Shown here: in pieces, positions 20,399 to 29,433 of the stretch
How positions within the stretch are numbered: position 1 is the stretch's first letter
How the letters are laid out: each line of letters starts with the position of its first letter
Origin: an uncultured Chloroflexia bacterium
Lineage (GTDB): Bacteria > Chloroflexota > Anaerolineae > CG2-30-64-16
Reading direction: 5' to 3'
NCBI GenBank assembly: GCA_963810095.1
Contig: CAWEMM010000007.1
Span: forward strand, 288,001-352,000
DNA length: 64,000 nucleotides
Notes under the pieces: model-generated
Seen by the model: only the letters and a program-made list of their open reading frames with translations
The model's database searches: none
Told to the model about the DNA's origin: nothing
Made by a program: the position numbers and the translations under genes

Positions 20399-20631
20399 TC
20401 GCGCTCTTTATGCACCTTCGCGCCTTCGCGTTCCGAATGCCGCTTCGCGCGCTTTGCGTTCGCGCCCTTCATGCACCTTCGCGCCTTCGCGTTCCGAGTG
20501 CCGCTTCGCGCCCTTCGCGTTTCGCGCCCTTCATGCACCTTCGCGCCTTCGCGTTCCGAATGCCGCTTCGCGCTTCCTAACCTTCGCCCACCATCGCGTC
20601 TTCGCGTTCCAACTCCGCCGCCGCTTCCCGC
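20399..20631. repeat. Tandem ~61-bp repeat, 3 intergenic copies plus a degenerate 4th copy inside the trmI 3' end
   Basis: Unit core (T)TCATGCACCTTCGCGCCTTCGCGTTCCGA(A/G)TGCCGCTTCGCGC at ~20408, ~20468 and ~20530; a degenerate version at 20581-20631. Confidence 0.9.
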
Positions 20632-21485
20632 TCGCGCGCTTCCCGTTCGGCCATCGCCAACTTGCCCCGGTACGCGCGGCGTTTCTTGTCGGGCATCCAG
20701 GTGAGCGACTCGTCGCCCGGCTCGATCTTCCGCGCAAAGATCAGAAACGCGCTGTGTGCGATCATCCGGTCCTCGGGGCGCAGGCGATTTGGCACGGGCT
20801 TCCACGCCCGTTCGTAGATCTCCTCGACGAAAATATCGCCAAACGGGCGCGCCTGCAGCCCGGCAATGAGCTCGGACGCCTGGTTCACCGTTGGCACGAG
20901 CGCGCCGAAGAAACCACTGCCCTTGAGGCAGTCCCATGCACTGTCGAGGAAAAGGTGGGGCTCGCGCAGGTCGAGGAAGACCGCGTCCACGTCGCGCTCG
21001 TGAAAGCCGCCCGCGATGTCCTCGTTGTAGAGCGTGACATAAGGCAGCAGGCCCAGCGCGTCGAGATTGTCCTTCGCCATCTCGAAGGAGTCCTGCCGGG
21101 TCTCATAGCTGTACACCCGGCCTGTCGGCATGACGGCGCGTGCCAGCACGAGCGTCAGCCCTGCGCTGCCGGTGCCCGCCTCGACGATCGTGCGTCCCGG
21201 GTACAGGCTGAGCCGGAGCGCGATCTGCGCCGCGTCCTTCGAGTAGATGATCTGGGAGGCGCGCGGCACTTCGTGGATCAGGTCGTGCGTCGAGGGTTCG
21301 AGCGCCAGGTAGCCCGCGCCGCTATGGGTGTACAGGGTGCGCCCGAGCGGCTTGCCGATGATCTCGTCGTGATGGATGTTGCCCTTGTGCGACGACCACA
21401 TATCGCCGGGCTTTAGCCGGATGAGATAGTGCTTGCGATCGGGGCTGACGAGGAGGACGAGATCGCCTGCTTGCGCTAATGACAT
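20577..21485 (-). CDS. trmI: tRNA (adenine-58-N1)-methyltransferase
   Basis: QIIYSKDAAQI, VEAGTGSAGLT, VYSYE, DAVFLDLREP, PTVNQ, LRPEDRMIAHSAFL (GCD14 family). Confidence 0.92.
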   Translation of the reverse strand: MSLAQAGDLVLLVSPDRKHYLIRLKPGDMWSSHKGNIHHDEIIGKPLGRTLYTHSGAGYLALEPSTHDLIHEVPRASQIIYSKDAAQIALRLSLYPGRTIVEAGTGSAGLTLVLARAVMPTGRVYSYETRQDSFEMAKDNLDALGLLPYVTLYNEDIAGGFHERDVDAVFLDLREPHLFLDSAWDCLKGSGFFGALVPTVNQASELIAGLQARPFGDIFVEEIYERAWKPVPNRLRPEDRMIAHSAFLIFARKIEPGDESLTWMPDKKRRAYRGKLAMAEREAREREAAAELEREDAMVGEG

Positions 21486-21629
21486 AAGATGATACCGCCT
21501 GCGTGAGATTCGAGTCATTATACGCGCTTTCTCCGTGATGCATCATTTTTGCCTGGCGCGCCCCGCGTGGGGTCCCGCCGCACGGTTCGTTTGCCGGCGC
21601 GTTGACTCCCACATGGAAGATCGATTCCG

Positions 21630-21658
21630 TTGACAGGCCCTCTTATCGCTGCTATAGT
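21630..21658 (+). promoter_or_regulatory. Sigma70-type promoter
   Basis: TTGACA-17 bp-TATAGT with extended TGC, upstream of AAGGAG RBS and ATG at 21695. Confidence 0.8.
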
Positions 21659-21694
21659 CGCGGCGTCGACGCCTCATTTTCACAAGGAGTGGCA

Positions 21695-22166
21695 ATGAAT
21701 CAGCCCTGGCTGCGCGTGGGCCTCATCGGGGCGGGCACCCTGATTGTCGTCAATTTGCTGGGCCTGGTGATCGGGTTCGGACTTCTTTCGCTTTTACTGC
21801 TGATTGCACTGGCGGGCGCGGGCGCGCTCGGCGGCGTCCTTTATCGCACCCCCACGGACTGTGGGCCGCGGCGCGGGTCAGGGCGCGCTCGCGGGTCTTA
21901 TGTCGGGGCTGGCCGGCGGCATCACCTACTCGGTCATGTTCGGCGCCGGCATTTCGGCAGCGGGGGGTGTCCAGCAGTTGGTCGATCAGCTGCCGGCCCA
22001 GCTGCTCGACCAATACCGCCAGATGGGCGTCGATCCCGCGACCGTGCTCAGCAGCGGCGTCCTCACCATTTTCCTGGTGCTCTGCTGCCTGCCGACCTTT
22101 GTGGGACTGGGTGCGCTTCTCGGTGCGCTGGGCGGCGCCATGTTCGCCGGGGTCAAGCCCGAATAG
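21695..22166 (+). CDS. Small hypothetical membrane protein (about 4 TM); frameshift near 21840
   Basis: Strong promoter and RBS; hydrophobic Gly-rich helices in ORFs 21602.. and 21804..22166. Confidence 0.65.
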
Positions 22167-22243
22167 CCGCCCGCGAGGTCACAGAGCGCGCCGAGGGCCT
22201 GCAAGACCGGCTAGCGCTCTGATTTGTCCCTGGCAAGAGTCGT

Positions 22244-23439
22244 ATGGCATCTCGTTCGATCATTCATATTGATCTCGATGCGTTCTTCGTCGCAGTAGAG
22301 CGCCTCGACGACCCGCGCCTGGCCGGCGTGCCGGTGATCGTCGGAGGGCGGGCCGAGGTGCGCGGGGTGGTGGCCTCTGCCTCCTACGAGGCGCGCAAGT
22401 TCGGCGTGCATTCGGCCATGCCCACGGCAATGGCGCTGCGTCTGTGTCCTCAGGCGATCCTCATCTCCGGTCACCGCGGGCGCTACTCCGAGATGTCCGA
22501 CAAGGTCATGGCCATCCTTGCGGAATACACGCCTCTTCTGGAGCCCATCTCCATCGACGAGGCCTTTCTCGACGTCACGGGTACGGAGGCCCACTATGGC
22601 CCGGCCGAGCGCCTTGCACGCGCCTTGCAGGACCGCATCGAGCGCGAGCTGCGGCTGTCTGCCTCCCTGGGCGTCGCGAGCAATAAGCTCATCGCCAAGA
22701 TCGCGAGCGACTTTCGCAAGCCGCATGGGATCACGGTCGTGCCGCCCGGCGAGGAAGCGGCCTTCTTGGCGCCGATGGCAATTCGCAAGCTGTGGGGCGT
22801 CGGCGAGGTGATGGGGCGTGAGCTGGCGCGGCTGGGAATCGAGACGATCGGAGACCTTGCCCGATGGCCGCAAGAGGAGCTGGTCGGCCGCTTCGGCGTC
22901 GCCTCAGGCGAAGGACTCTACCGCGCCAGCCACGGGATCGACGACAGCCCGGTTACGCCCGAGCACGAGGCGAAATCGCTCAGCCGCGAAGAGACGTTCG
23001 CCCGAGACATCCGCGATGGGCAGGTGCTGCGGCGCGAGCTCCTGCGGCTGAGCGACGAGGTGGCCTGGCGCCTGCGCAGGCACGGGCTGACTGCCCGCAC
23101 CGTGAACCTCAAGCTCCGCTATGGCGACTTCTCCACGCTCACCCGGCAGGTGACGCTCCCCGATGCGACGGACAGTGGCCCGGTCCTCTATAGCCACGCG
23201 CTCGCCCTGTTCGAGAAGGCCTGGGACCGCCGCCCGCTACGCCTCGTCGGCGTGGAGGGACGAACCTCGAGCAGGGCGGCCGGCAGCTGCGCCTGTTCGA
23301 GCAGGAAGACCGCCGCCAGGCACAGCTCGACGCGGCCCTTGACCGGATCAAAGCCAAGTACGGCGAATCCGCCATCCGCCGGGCCTCACTCATGGATGAG
23401 CCGGACGAGCCCTGGGTATCACGATCCCGGGAAGACTGA
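22244..23439 (+). CDS. dinB: DNA polymerase IV; frameshift near 23255
   Basis: IIHIDLDAFFVAVE, ASYEARKFGVHSAM, SIDEAFLD, KLIAKIAS..KPHG, LWGVG; the shifted frame ends QLRLF...LDRIKAKYG...TGA 23437-23439. Confidence 0.93.
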
Positions 23440-23543
23440 GCATCTTTCTGGACAGTGCTCCGGCCGGCCTTCGAGCCTGCCAGCACGGGGCACGGTCAGA
23501 GACCGGCCCCAGCTGAGTACAAGCACTTTTATTCTGTCGGGTC

Positions 23544-23657
23544 GCATCCTTCGACTGCGGCACGCCAGCTGCGCTGGCCCCTCCGCTCGGGATGCTTCAA
23601 GCGCTGGCACCCTGAGCGGATGAGCGTCCCGAAGGGACGCACGCAGTCGAAGGGTGC
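23544..23657. repeat. Nested palindromic REP-like element (CCTTCGACT..CCGCTC / GAGCGG..AGTCGAAGG type), family D
   Basis: Outer arms GCATCCTTCGACTGCG / CGCAGTCGAAGGGTGC; inner arms TCCGCTCGGG / CCTGAGCGGA; two side hairpins; lies between convergent genes. Confidence 0.8.
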
Positions 23658-23712
23658 CGAGCGTCATCGTGCAACAGATTCACTGTGGTTACCAGCCCTC
23701 TCGCCGGGGCCG

Positions 23713-24162
23713 TCACTGGATCGAGTACCAGAGCGCCTTCAGATGCCCCTCGACATCGTGCTCTTCCAGCCACTGGTGTGCGCCCATGCGGTACCCATGC
23801 TCGTTGACCCACTTGTCCAGCCGCTGCCACGCCTCCGGGATGTCGATCCAGGGGTCGGTGAGCACGCGGGCAGGCATGCTGGCGTAGCGTCCGCCCGTCA
23901 ATTCTTCGATCGTGATCCCTTCTGCGGCCCGCGCCTCTGGCCCCACGGTCACGTTGAACTCGTAGCCGTGATTAGGCGTGCCCTCGGCGGGGTCCGGGTT
24001 GTTGTATCCGAAGATACGGGCGCCGGACGTGAACGCATGCGCCTGGGCCGCCCACTGTGCTAAGTTCCGCCACGCCACTTCCTCGGGGTTTTCTCCATAG
24101 GCCCATGCCCGCGCCACCCGCATGGCGGGCAAGGTGATGATTTCTACTCGTGCATCTTCCAT
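23713..24162 (-). CDS. GyrI-like small-molecule-binding domain protein
   Basis: VEIITLPAMRVA, IFGYNNPDP, GYEF, GGRYA, IPEAWQRL, QWLEEH; AAGGGAG RBS. Confidence 0.85.
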   Translation of the reverse strand: MEDARVEIITLPAMRVARAWAYGENPEEVAWRNLAQWAAQAHAFTSGARIFGYNNPDPAEGTPNHGYEFNVTVGPEARAAEGITIEELTGGRYASMPARVLTDPWIDIPEAWQRLDKWVNEHGYRMGAHQWLEEHDVEGHLKALWYSIQ

Positions 24163-24226
24163 TTTGTTCTCCCTTGCGATCGATTGCCGGACCTATCTCT
24201 GATTCCTCCTCACTATACGCGTGATT

Positions 24227-24245
24227 CCTGACACCCTGTGTCAGG
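24227..24245. promoter_or_regulatory. Palindromic operator CCTGACA-N5-TGTCAGG, probable WYL regulator site
   Basis: Perfect 7-bp inverted repeat between the divergent GyrI-like and WYL genes; -10 boxes on both sides (TATAGT on minus at 24212-24217, TATACT on plus at 24254-24259). Confidence 0.75.
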
Positions 24246-24305
24246 TTCGGGCGTATACTGGATGACGAAGCGCGGACGAATCGCCGGGGAATGTTGGGAG
24301 GCGGG

Positions 24306-25286
24306 ATGCGGGCGGATCGGGTGCTGTCACTGCTGATGCTGCTTCAGTCGCGTGGGCGCTTGAGCGCGCACCGGCTCGCGGAGGAGTTGGAGGTTTCCGA
24401 GCGGACCATTTATCGCGACGTCGACGCGCTGAGTGCCGCCGGGGTCCCGATCTATGCGGAGCGCGGGCCCGACGGCGGCTTTGCGCTGCTCGACAGCTAC
24501 CGGACCGACCTGACGGGCTTAACCGACGGGGAAATGCGCGCCATGTTCCTGCTCACCATCCCCAGTGCGCTGGCGGATCTTGGCTTGCAGCAGGATTCGG
24601 CCCGCGCGCTCCGCAAGCTGCTGGCCGCCGTGCCGCTCGGCCGCCGGGGCGACGAGGCGCGAGTCCGCCGGTGCTTCTACGTCGATCCGGAGCCGTGGGA
24701 GGTGGGCGGAGGGGGCAACTTGCACCTGCGGGCACTGCAAGACGCGGTCTGGCGTGATCGCTGCGTGGAAATAGCCTATGCGCTGCCGTCGGGGGCTTCC
24801 GTCGAGCAGCGCGTGATGCCGCTCGGGCTCGTCGCCAAGGCGGGCTCGTGGTACGTGCTGCACCGGTCGGAAGGACGAACACAGGCGCTGCGGGTGGGCG
24901 ACTTGGTGGCGGTGCGACCCACCGGCGATATCTTCGAGCGGCCCGACGACTTCGACCTGGTGCACGAGTGGGAGGCGTGGTGCCAGGGCGCGAAGGCCAG
25001 GCAGTCCTACACGATGGAACTCCGGGTCTCGCCCCAGCTGGCGCGGCGCCTGCCACGCTACGGGATCGAGGCTGCTGCTTGCCTGGAGCACGAAGCCGGC
25101 CACGACGGCCGCGTCACCGTCCGGGCCGCGTGCGAGTCTTTCGAGGCTGCCCGGGCCAGGGTGCTGGCACTGGGTGGCTCGGTCGAGGTCGTCGCACCGC
25201 CGGCCCTGCGGCGGAGCGTGGTCGACTACGCGGAGCAGATCGCCCGGCGCTACCAGGAGGCGCCGGATCGCCAGAACGCCTGCTAA
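24306..25286 (+). CDS. HTH-WYL-WCX transcriptional regulator (YafY family)
   Basis: MRADRVLSLLMLLQSRG, LAEELEVSERTIYRDVDALSAAGVPIYAERGPDGGF, PLGLVAKAGSWYV, RPDDFDL, VEVVAPPALR. Confidence 0.93.
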   Translation: MRADRVLSLLMLLQSRGRLSAHRLAEELEVSERTIYRDVDALSAAGVPIYAERGPDGGFALLDSYRTDLTGLTDGEMRAMFLLTIPSALADLGLQQDSARALRKLLAAVPLGRRGDEARVRRCFYVDPEPWEVGGGGNLHLRALQDAVWRDRCVEIAYALPSGASVEQRVMPLGLVAKAGSWYVLHRSEGRTQALRVGDLVAVRPTGDIFERPDDFDLVHEWEAWCQGAKARQSYTMELRVSPQLARRLPRYGIEAAACLEHEAGHDGRVTVRAACESFEAARARVLALGGSVEVVAPPALRRSVVDYAEQIARRYQEAPDRQNAC

Positions 25287-25293
25287 AGGGCCC

Positions 25294-25394
25294 AGCGCCG
25301 CGTCGAGGTCCTCCGCTCGAGTGAACCGCACGACGGTGTTGAGAAGGTCGGGGAGGCTGGCGAGGCGGAGTCGCAGCGCGCGCAGCTTGCCGCC
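25294..25394. repeat. Direct-repeat copy of 27030-27130 (3' end of the HExxH gene)
   Basis: 101-bp ungapped match including a 48-bp identical block GTCGGGGAGGCTGGCGAGGCGGAGTCGCAGCGCGCGCAGCTTGCCGCC. Confidence 0.9.
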
Positions 25395-25542
25395 GGTGCG
25401 GTTCGTCGCGCCCCTGCCGACCGCTTATACTGCAGGCGCGCCCGATCGAATCGCTCCGATGACGCCACGGGCTGTGGCAGACAAAGGTTCGTTCGTCCGA
25501 TCAGGCGAGAACGGGCGCGCTCAGGGATCCGAGCAGCAGTGG

Positions 25543-26794
25543 CTAGTACTCCTGGCGCAGTGGCCCGCCCCGCGGCGTCGCTCGCGGGTTCTCGATACGC
25601 GCCTAGGTCCGGGTTCGAGCCTGGAGGGTCGGGGCGCCGGCTCCCCTGAACGTCTATCTTGGGCGCGCCATCGGCCTTTCCTGCGCCGATCGCAGGACTT
25701 CTGTCGCCCAGCCTGTAGTCGCCCAAGGCCGCGCTTACAAATCGCGGCGGCGCGACAAGGTTGCCCTCTTGCCAGTAGACCGGCCCCAGGTCGTTGGTCA
25801 CAATGCCTGCTTCACCACCCTGGACATCGGAATGGTCCACCGTGATCGCCTCGCCGAACCAATCGGGATCGAAGTAGACCTGTTCCGGCCGGTTGCCCCA
25901 GACAATCGAGTTGACGAGTGTGGGTCCGCTCATGTAGGAGATGTTCAGGCCTCCGCCGTGCCCCGTCGTCCGGTTGCCGGCGATGGTGACGTTGACGAAT
26001 GTCGGGCTGCAGCCGTCGAAACCTAGCCCGCCGCCTTTGCCGCCGCCGAAGTTATCCGCGATCAGCGCATTCCGGACCGTGCCGTCGGCATGATAGAAGA
26101 ACATGCCCGAGCCGCCCGATGCACCCGCGTTGCCCACCACGACCAGGTTCTCGGCGTCGATGCTGCCGTAAGAATAGCGCATCCCACCCCCATCGGCACC
26201 CGCTCGATTGTAGGCCACGAAAACATCGCGGACCACCGGCGCGCAGTGAGCGAAGAAGAGCCCGCCGCCCTCGCCCGCCGCCTCGTTGCCGATCACGCGC
26301 AGGTGGGCGAGCCTCGGGCTCCCCGATTCCCAACAGAGGATGCCGCCGCCACGCTCGTCGGCCGGGCTTGCTCCCGTTGCATAGCCGTTGGTTATCGTGA
26401 AGCCGATCAACTGAGGTGCGATCTCGCCGCTTGCGAACGTCACGACATGGCCACGTCGGCCACCATCAATGACAGTCTCAGAAATGTAGTATTCGTCGCC
26501 CGTGCTGAGGAAGCGCGAGGCAACGGTGAGGTCCTTGCCCTTGAAGTCAACGTTTTCGCCATAGACGCCCGGCTGTACGAGCACCGCATCGCCGGCTCGC
26601 GCTGCGTCGATCGCATGTTGGATTGTGGCGTACGGGTTCGCCCTCGAACCGTCGCCGGTCGTGTCGGAGCCGGTCGTCGCGACATGCCACGTGGTTGCCG
26701 CGGCTGATGCATCGCGCAATTCTGGAAACCCAGCAGCGAGCAGAAATGCGACGAGGATTACCAAGCCACATCTGCGGAACAAGGTGCCGTCCAT
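25543..26794 (-). CDS. Secreted right-handed parallel beta-helix protein (DUF1565/pectin-lyase-like)
   Basis: Signal peptide; WHVATTGSD..GDGS..PYATIQHAID, VQPGVYGEN, repeated N..A...GGG, SPAIGAG, PDLGAY. A likely indel near 25595 would give stop TAG at 25543; the ORF as assembled runs to 25283. Confidence 0.8.
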
Positions 26795-27019
26795 CGATGC
26801 CTCCCCTGTCTGCGCGCAGGCGATCACACATGCAGTCACATTGAATCACGTTAGTATGACATGAACATGAAGATCGCCGCGCGGGTTGTGAAGAGGATTA
26901 CATACTGCTGTGGCGCGATGACGCGCCGGCCTGCGAGGTCGACGACGGCACAGGGCTCGCTCCGGCGTCAATGTGTTCGCCGCCGGTGTCATGGCTCCGC
27001 GTTCGTTGCCGGCCCCGCG

Positions 27020-28336
27020 CTATGAGTTGAGCGCCGCGTCCAGGTCCTCTGCCCGAGTGAAGCGTGAAACAGTGTCGAGAAAGTCGGGGAGGCTGGCGAG
27101 GCGGAGTCGCAGCGCGCGCAGCTTGCCGCCAATCGGATCGGTTGCGCCTGAGCCCACCGCATAAGAGCCGTGGAACGCGAAGTAGGCCTGGTTCAGCTTG
27201 CGGATGACGTAGCCCCGCTTGATCAGTTCCTCCCGTCGAGACTCCATGTACGACTCGGCCTCCGCGATTTTGCCCTCTGCCAACAGCTTATCGGCCTGCA
27301 GCCGAGTCTCACGCATGAACGCGCCGTACTCGAACTCGGGCTTCACCGGCTCGGTACTCGCCCAGTCCGGCCTTGCCGTGAGCGGCGTGGGCCAAGGGGA
27401 TGGCGGGACCAGCTCGGGGTAGAACCGTTCGAGCACCATCTGGCTCACCTCGCCGCCCACCATCGAGGCAACCGTCTCGTTGATCGTCCGCATGGCCGGG
27501 CTGCTGTCATAGTTCCAACCCAGCGGCCGCAGCGCCAGGTACGTGTGCGTCCACTCGTGCGCCACCGTGTCCACCACCCAACTCAGCACGGGGTACTGGA
27601 GCACCATGGTGGGGTACGAGGAGAAGCCGCCGGTGCCTTCGACAATTGTGCTCTCGTCCAGCCCTGCCGCCACCGAGTTTTCGATCTTCTCGATATCGCT
27701 TAGCGGCATGGCCGGGTCCAGATATTCTCCGCGGTCGACCTTGATCTGATCTCGGGGCGAGAGGATCAGGTAGTTCGGGCTTTCGGTGAATTGGAAGCTG
27801 ACGGGGGGGAACACCTGGCCGAAGGTGGTGAAGCCGAGCTCGTCGAGCACACTCGCCACTTGCTTTTCGATGATCCGCTCGACCGCGGGCCGGTTTTGCT
27901 CCTGGCGCACGCGCAGGGCCTGCAACTGAGCCTCGAGACCGGCCTTCTTCTGCACCAGGTCGCCCTCGCCCATGCCGGCCGCGGCCGCCTCGACCTGGTT
28001 CGCCAGGTCGGAAACCTCGCCCACGCCCTTCATGTAGTCCACCACCAGGTCGTGTTCCTGCTGCGGCGTGAGGCCCGCGCCCGGCTTCTGCACGACGTCG
28101 CGCAGCTTTTGGCCGATGGCCTGCGCTTCCCACGCGGCCAGGTTGAACTGGCGGCCTCTCACGGCCCGGTTAATGACGAGGTCTTGTCGCGCCGCGCCCA
28201 GGTAGCCCTCGCTCGGCACAAGGAGGACCAGGATCAAGAGCAGGAGCGCGAGCCACGCGCGGCGGCGGACGGTTCCCGCCACGGAAACCCGGCGTACCGG
28301 CAGCCTTCTCGTCCCGACAGTCGTTCCCATAGACAC
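27020..28336 (-). CDS. Conserved membrane-anchored hypothetical protein with HExxH zinc-metallopeptidase-like motif
   Basis: N-terminal TM, coiled coil, VAHEWTH followed by INETVA (gluzincin-type third ligand), IRKLNQAYFAFHGSY. Confidence 0.7.
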   Translation of the reverse strand: MSMGTTVGTRRLPVRRVSVAGTVRRRAWLALLLLILVLLVPSEGYLGAARQDLVINRAVRGRQFNLAAWEAQAIGQKLRDVVQKPGAGLTPQQEHDLVVDYMKGVGEVSDLANQVEAAAAGMGEGDLVQKKAGLEAQLQALRVRQEQNRPAVERIIEKQVASVLDELGFTTFGQVFPPVSFQFTESPNYLILSPRDQIKVDRGEYLDPAMPLSDIEKIENSVAAGLDESTIVEGTGGFSSYPTMVLQYPVLSWVVDTVAHEWTHTYLALRPLGWNYDSSPAMRTINETVASMVGGEVSQMVLERFYPELVPPSPWPTPLTARPDWASTEPVKPEFEYGAFMRETRLQADKLLAEGKIAEAESYMESRREELIKRGYVIRKLNQAYFAFHGSYAVGSGATDPIGGKLRALRLRLASLPDFLDTVSRFTRAEDLDAALNS

Positions 28337-28435
28337 GCCATTATAGACACCCCCTGGGTCAACGACAAGCGACGGGCGGCACGGACAAGCCGTTGCCTAC
28401 CGGGCGAGGGGTTCGGCCGTGCTATAATGGCCGGC

Positions 28436-29284
28436 ATGACGACCTTCAAGCTCAAGCCGGCAGGCTCCGCGTCTTTTGACGAGCGCGCAGCTTGCATGAA
28501 CGCTGCCTATGCGGACTATTTCGTGCCGCTCCACGTCAGCGGAGAGCAGCTTGCGACCATGGACGTGATCTACGACGTGGATGCGGATGACTCGGTCGTG
28601 GCCGAGTCGCACGGGCGCCTGGTGGGCATGGCGCTGCTGTCGCGCCGCGGCGACCGGGGCTGGATCAGCGCGGTGGGCACCGTGCCCGAAGCGCGCCGGC
28701 AGGGCGTGGCCCGCCAGATGATGCACGGGCTGCTTGCCAACGCGCGACGGTTGGGGTTGAGCGAGGTAACTTTGGAGGTCATCAGCGAGAACGAAAAGGC
28801 GCATATCCTCTACCGCGATCTCGGCTTTCACGACGTTCGGGAGCTTCTCATCTGGCGCCTCGCGGCCGACGCCGATCCCTTACCCATCCCCCAGGAACTG
28901 CTCACCGAGGTGACACCCGAGTCTGTCGTGGTCCACTTCGGAGAGTGGCACAAGGAGCCGCCCAGCTGGCAGCGCGAGTTGGCTACGCTCCGCAAGCTCA
29001 CGGGCCACGCCCGGGCCTACCGGCTGGACCTGGAAGGCCGTGAGGCTGCCTACGCTGTCGTTGCCGAGCGCATCGATAGCATCGGGCTGCTCGACGTGGG
29101 GATCAACCCCGAGTTCGGCGCGGTGCGGGCGGGCCGGCCGCTGCTGCAGGCGCTCTCGCGGCTCTTCCCCAACCGGGCCATGTCGATCCTCAACGTCCCG
29201 GCCGACGACACCCTCTGCCGGGCCCTCGCGGCGCTCCGCTTCAACGTCACTCTGCGGCAGTGGGAGATGGTCATCCGCCCTTAG
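28436..29284 (+). CDS. GNAT family N-acetyltransferase (tandem GNAT)
   Basis: GWISAVGTVPEARRQGVARQMM, LEVISENEKAHILYRDLGF; ATG 7 nt after TGCTATAAT. Confidence 0.85.
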   Translation: MTTFKLKPAGSASFDERAACMNAAYADYFVPLHVSGEQLATMDVIYDVDADDSVVAESHGRLVGMALLSRRGDRGWISAVGTVPEARRQGVARQMMHGLLANARRLGLSEVTLEVISENEKAHILYRDLGFHDVRELLIWRLAADADPLPIPQELLTEVTPESVVVHFGEWHKEPPSWQRELATLRKLTGHARAYRLDLEGREAAYAVVAERIDSIGLLDVGINPEFGAVRAGRPLLQALSRLFPNRAMSILNVPADDTLCRALAALRFNVTLRQWEMVIRP

Positions 29285-29433
29285 CCCGCCCCCCTTGCGG
29301 ACTTCTCAATCCAGAATGTGTATTCGCTTACGAGTAATCCAGTAAAGTAGTGGTAGACGATTGTGTTGACCTTGTGAACCGGCTGTAATGTCTCCACTTC
29401 GTGCCAACTTGCCGGTGATCGCCGGAGGAGGCT

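Noticed and set aside
20399-20575. Possible mini CRISPR array
   Set aside because: Units are similar along their whole length with no unique spacers, and no cas genes are present.
22167-22243. LexA box upstream of dinB
   Set aside because: No GAAC-N4-GTTC or CTGT-N8-ACAG match seen.
23544-23657. tRNA or tRNA-like gene
   Set aside because: Cloverleaf-like pairing, but no D or T-loop consensus in the right positions and no CCA; treated as a REP-like element.
22244-25286. WYL + dinB as an anti-phage defence island
   Set aside because: The WYL protein is a YafY-type regulator paired with a GyrI-like gene; no nuclease, toxin or mobile-element genes are nearby.
29285-29433. Moco riboswitch or Rex/ModE site upstream of fmdE
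   Set aside because: AT-rich, but no convincing consensus or palindrome.
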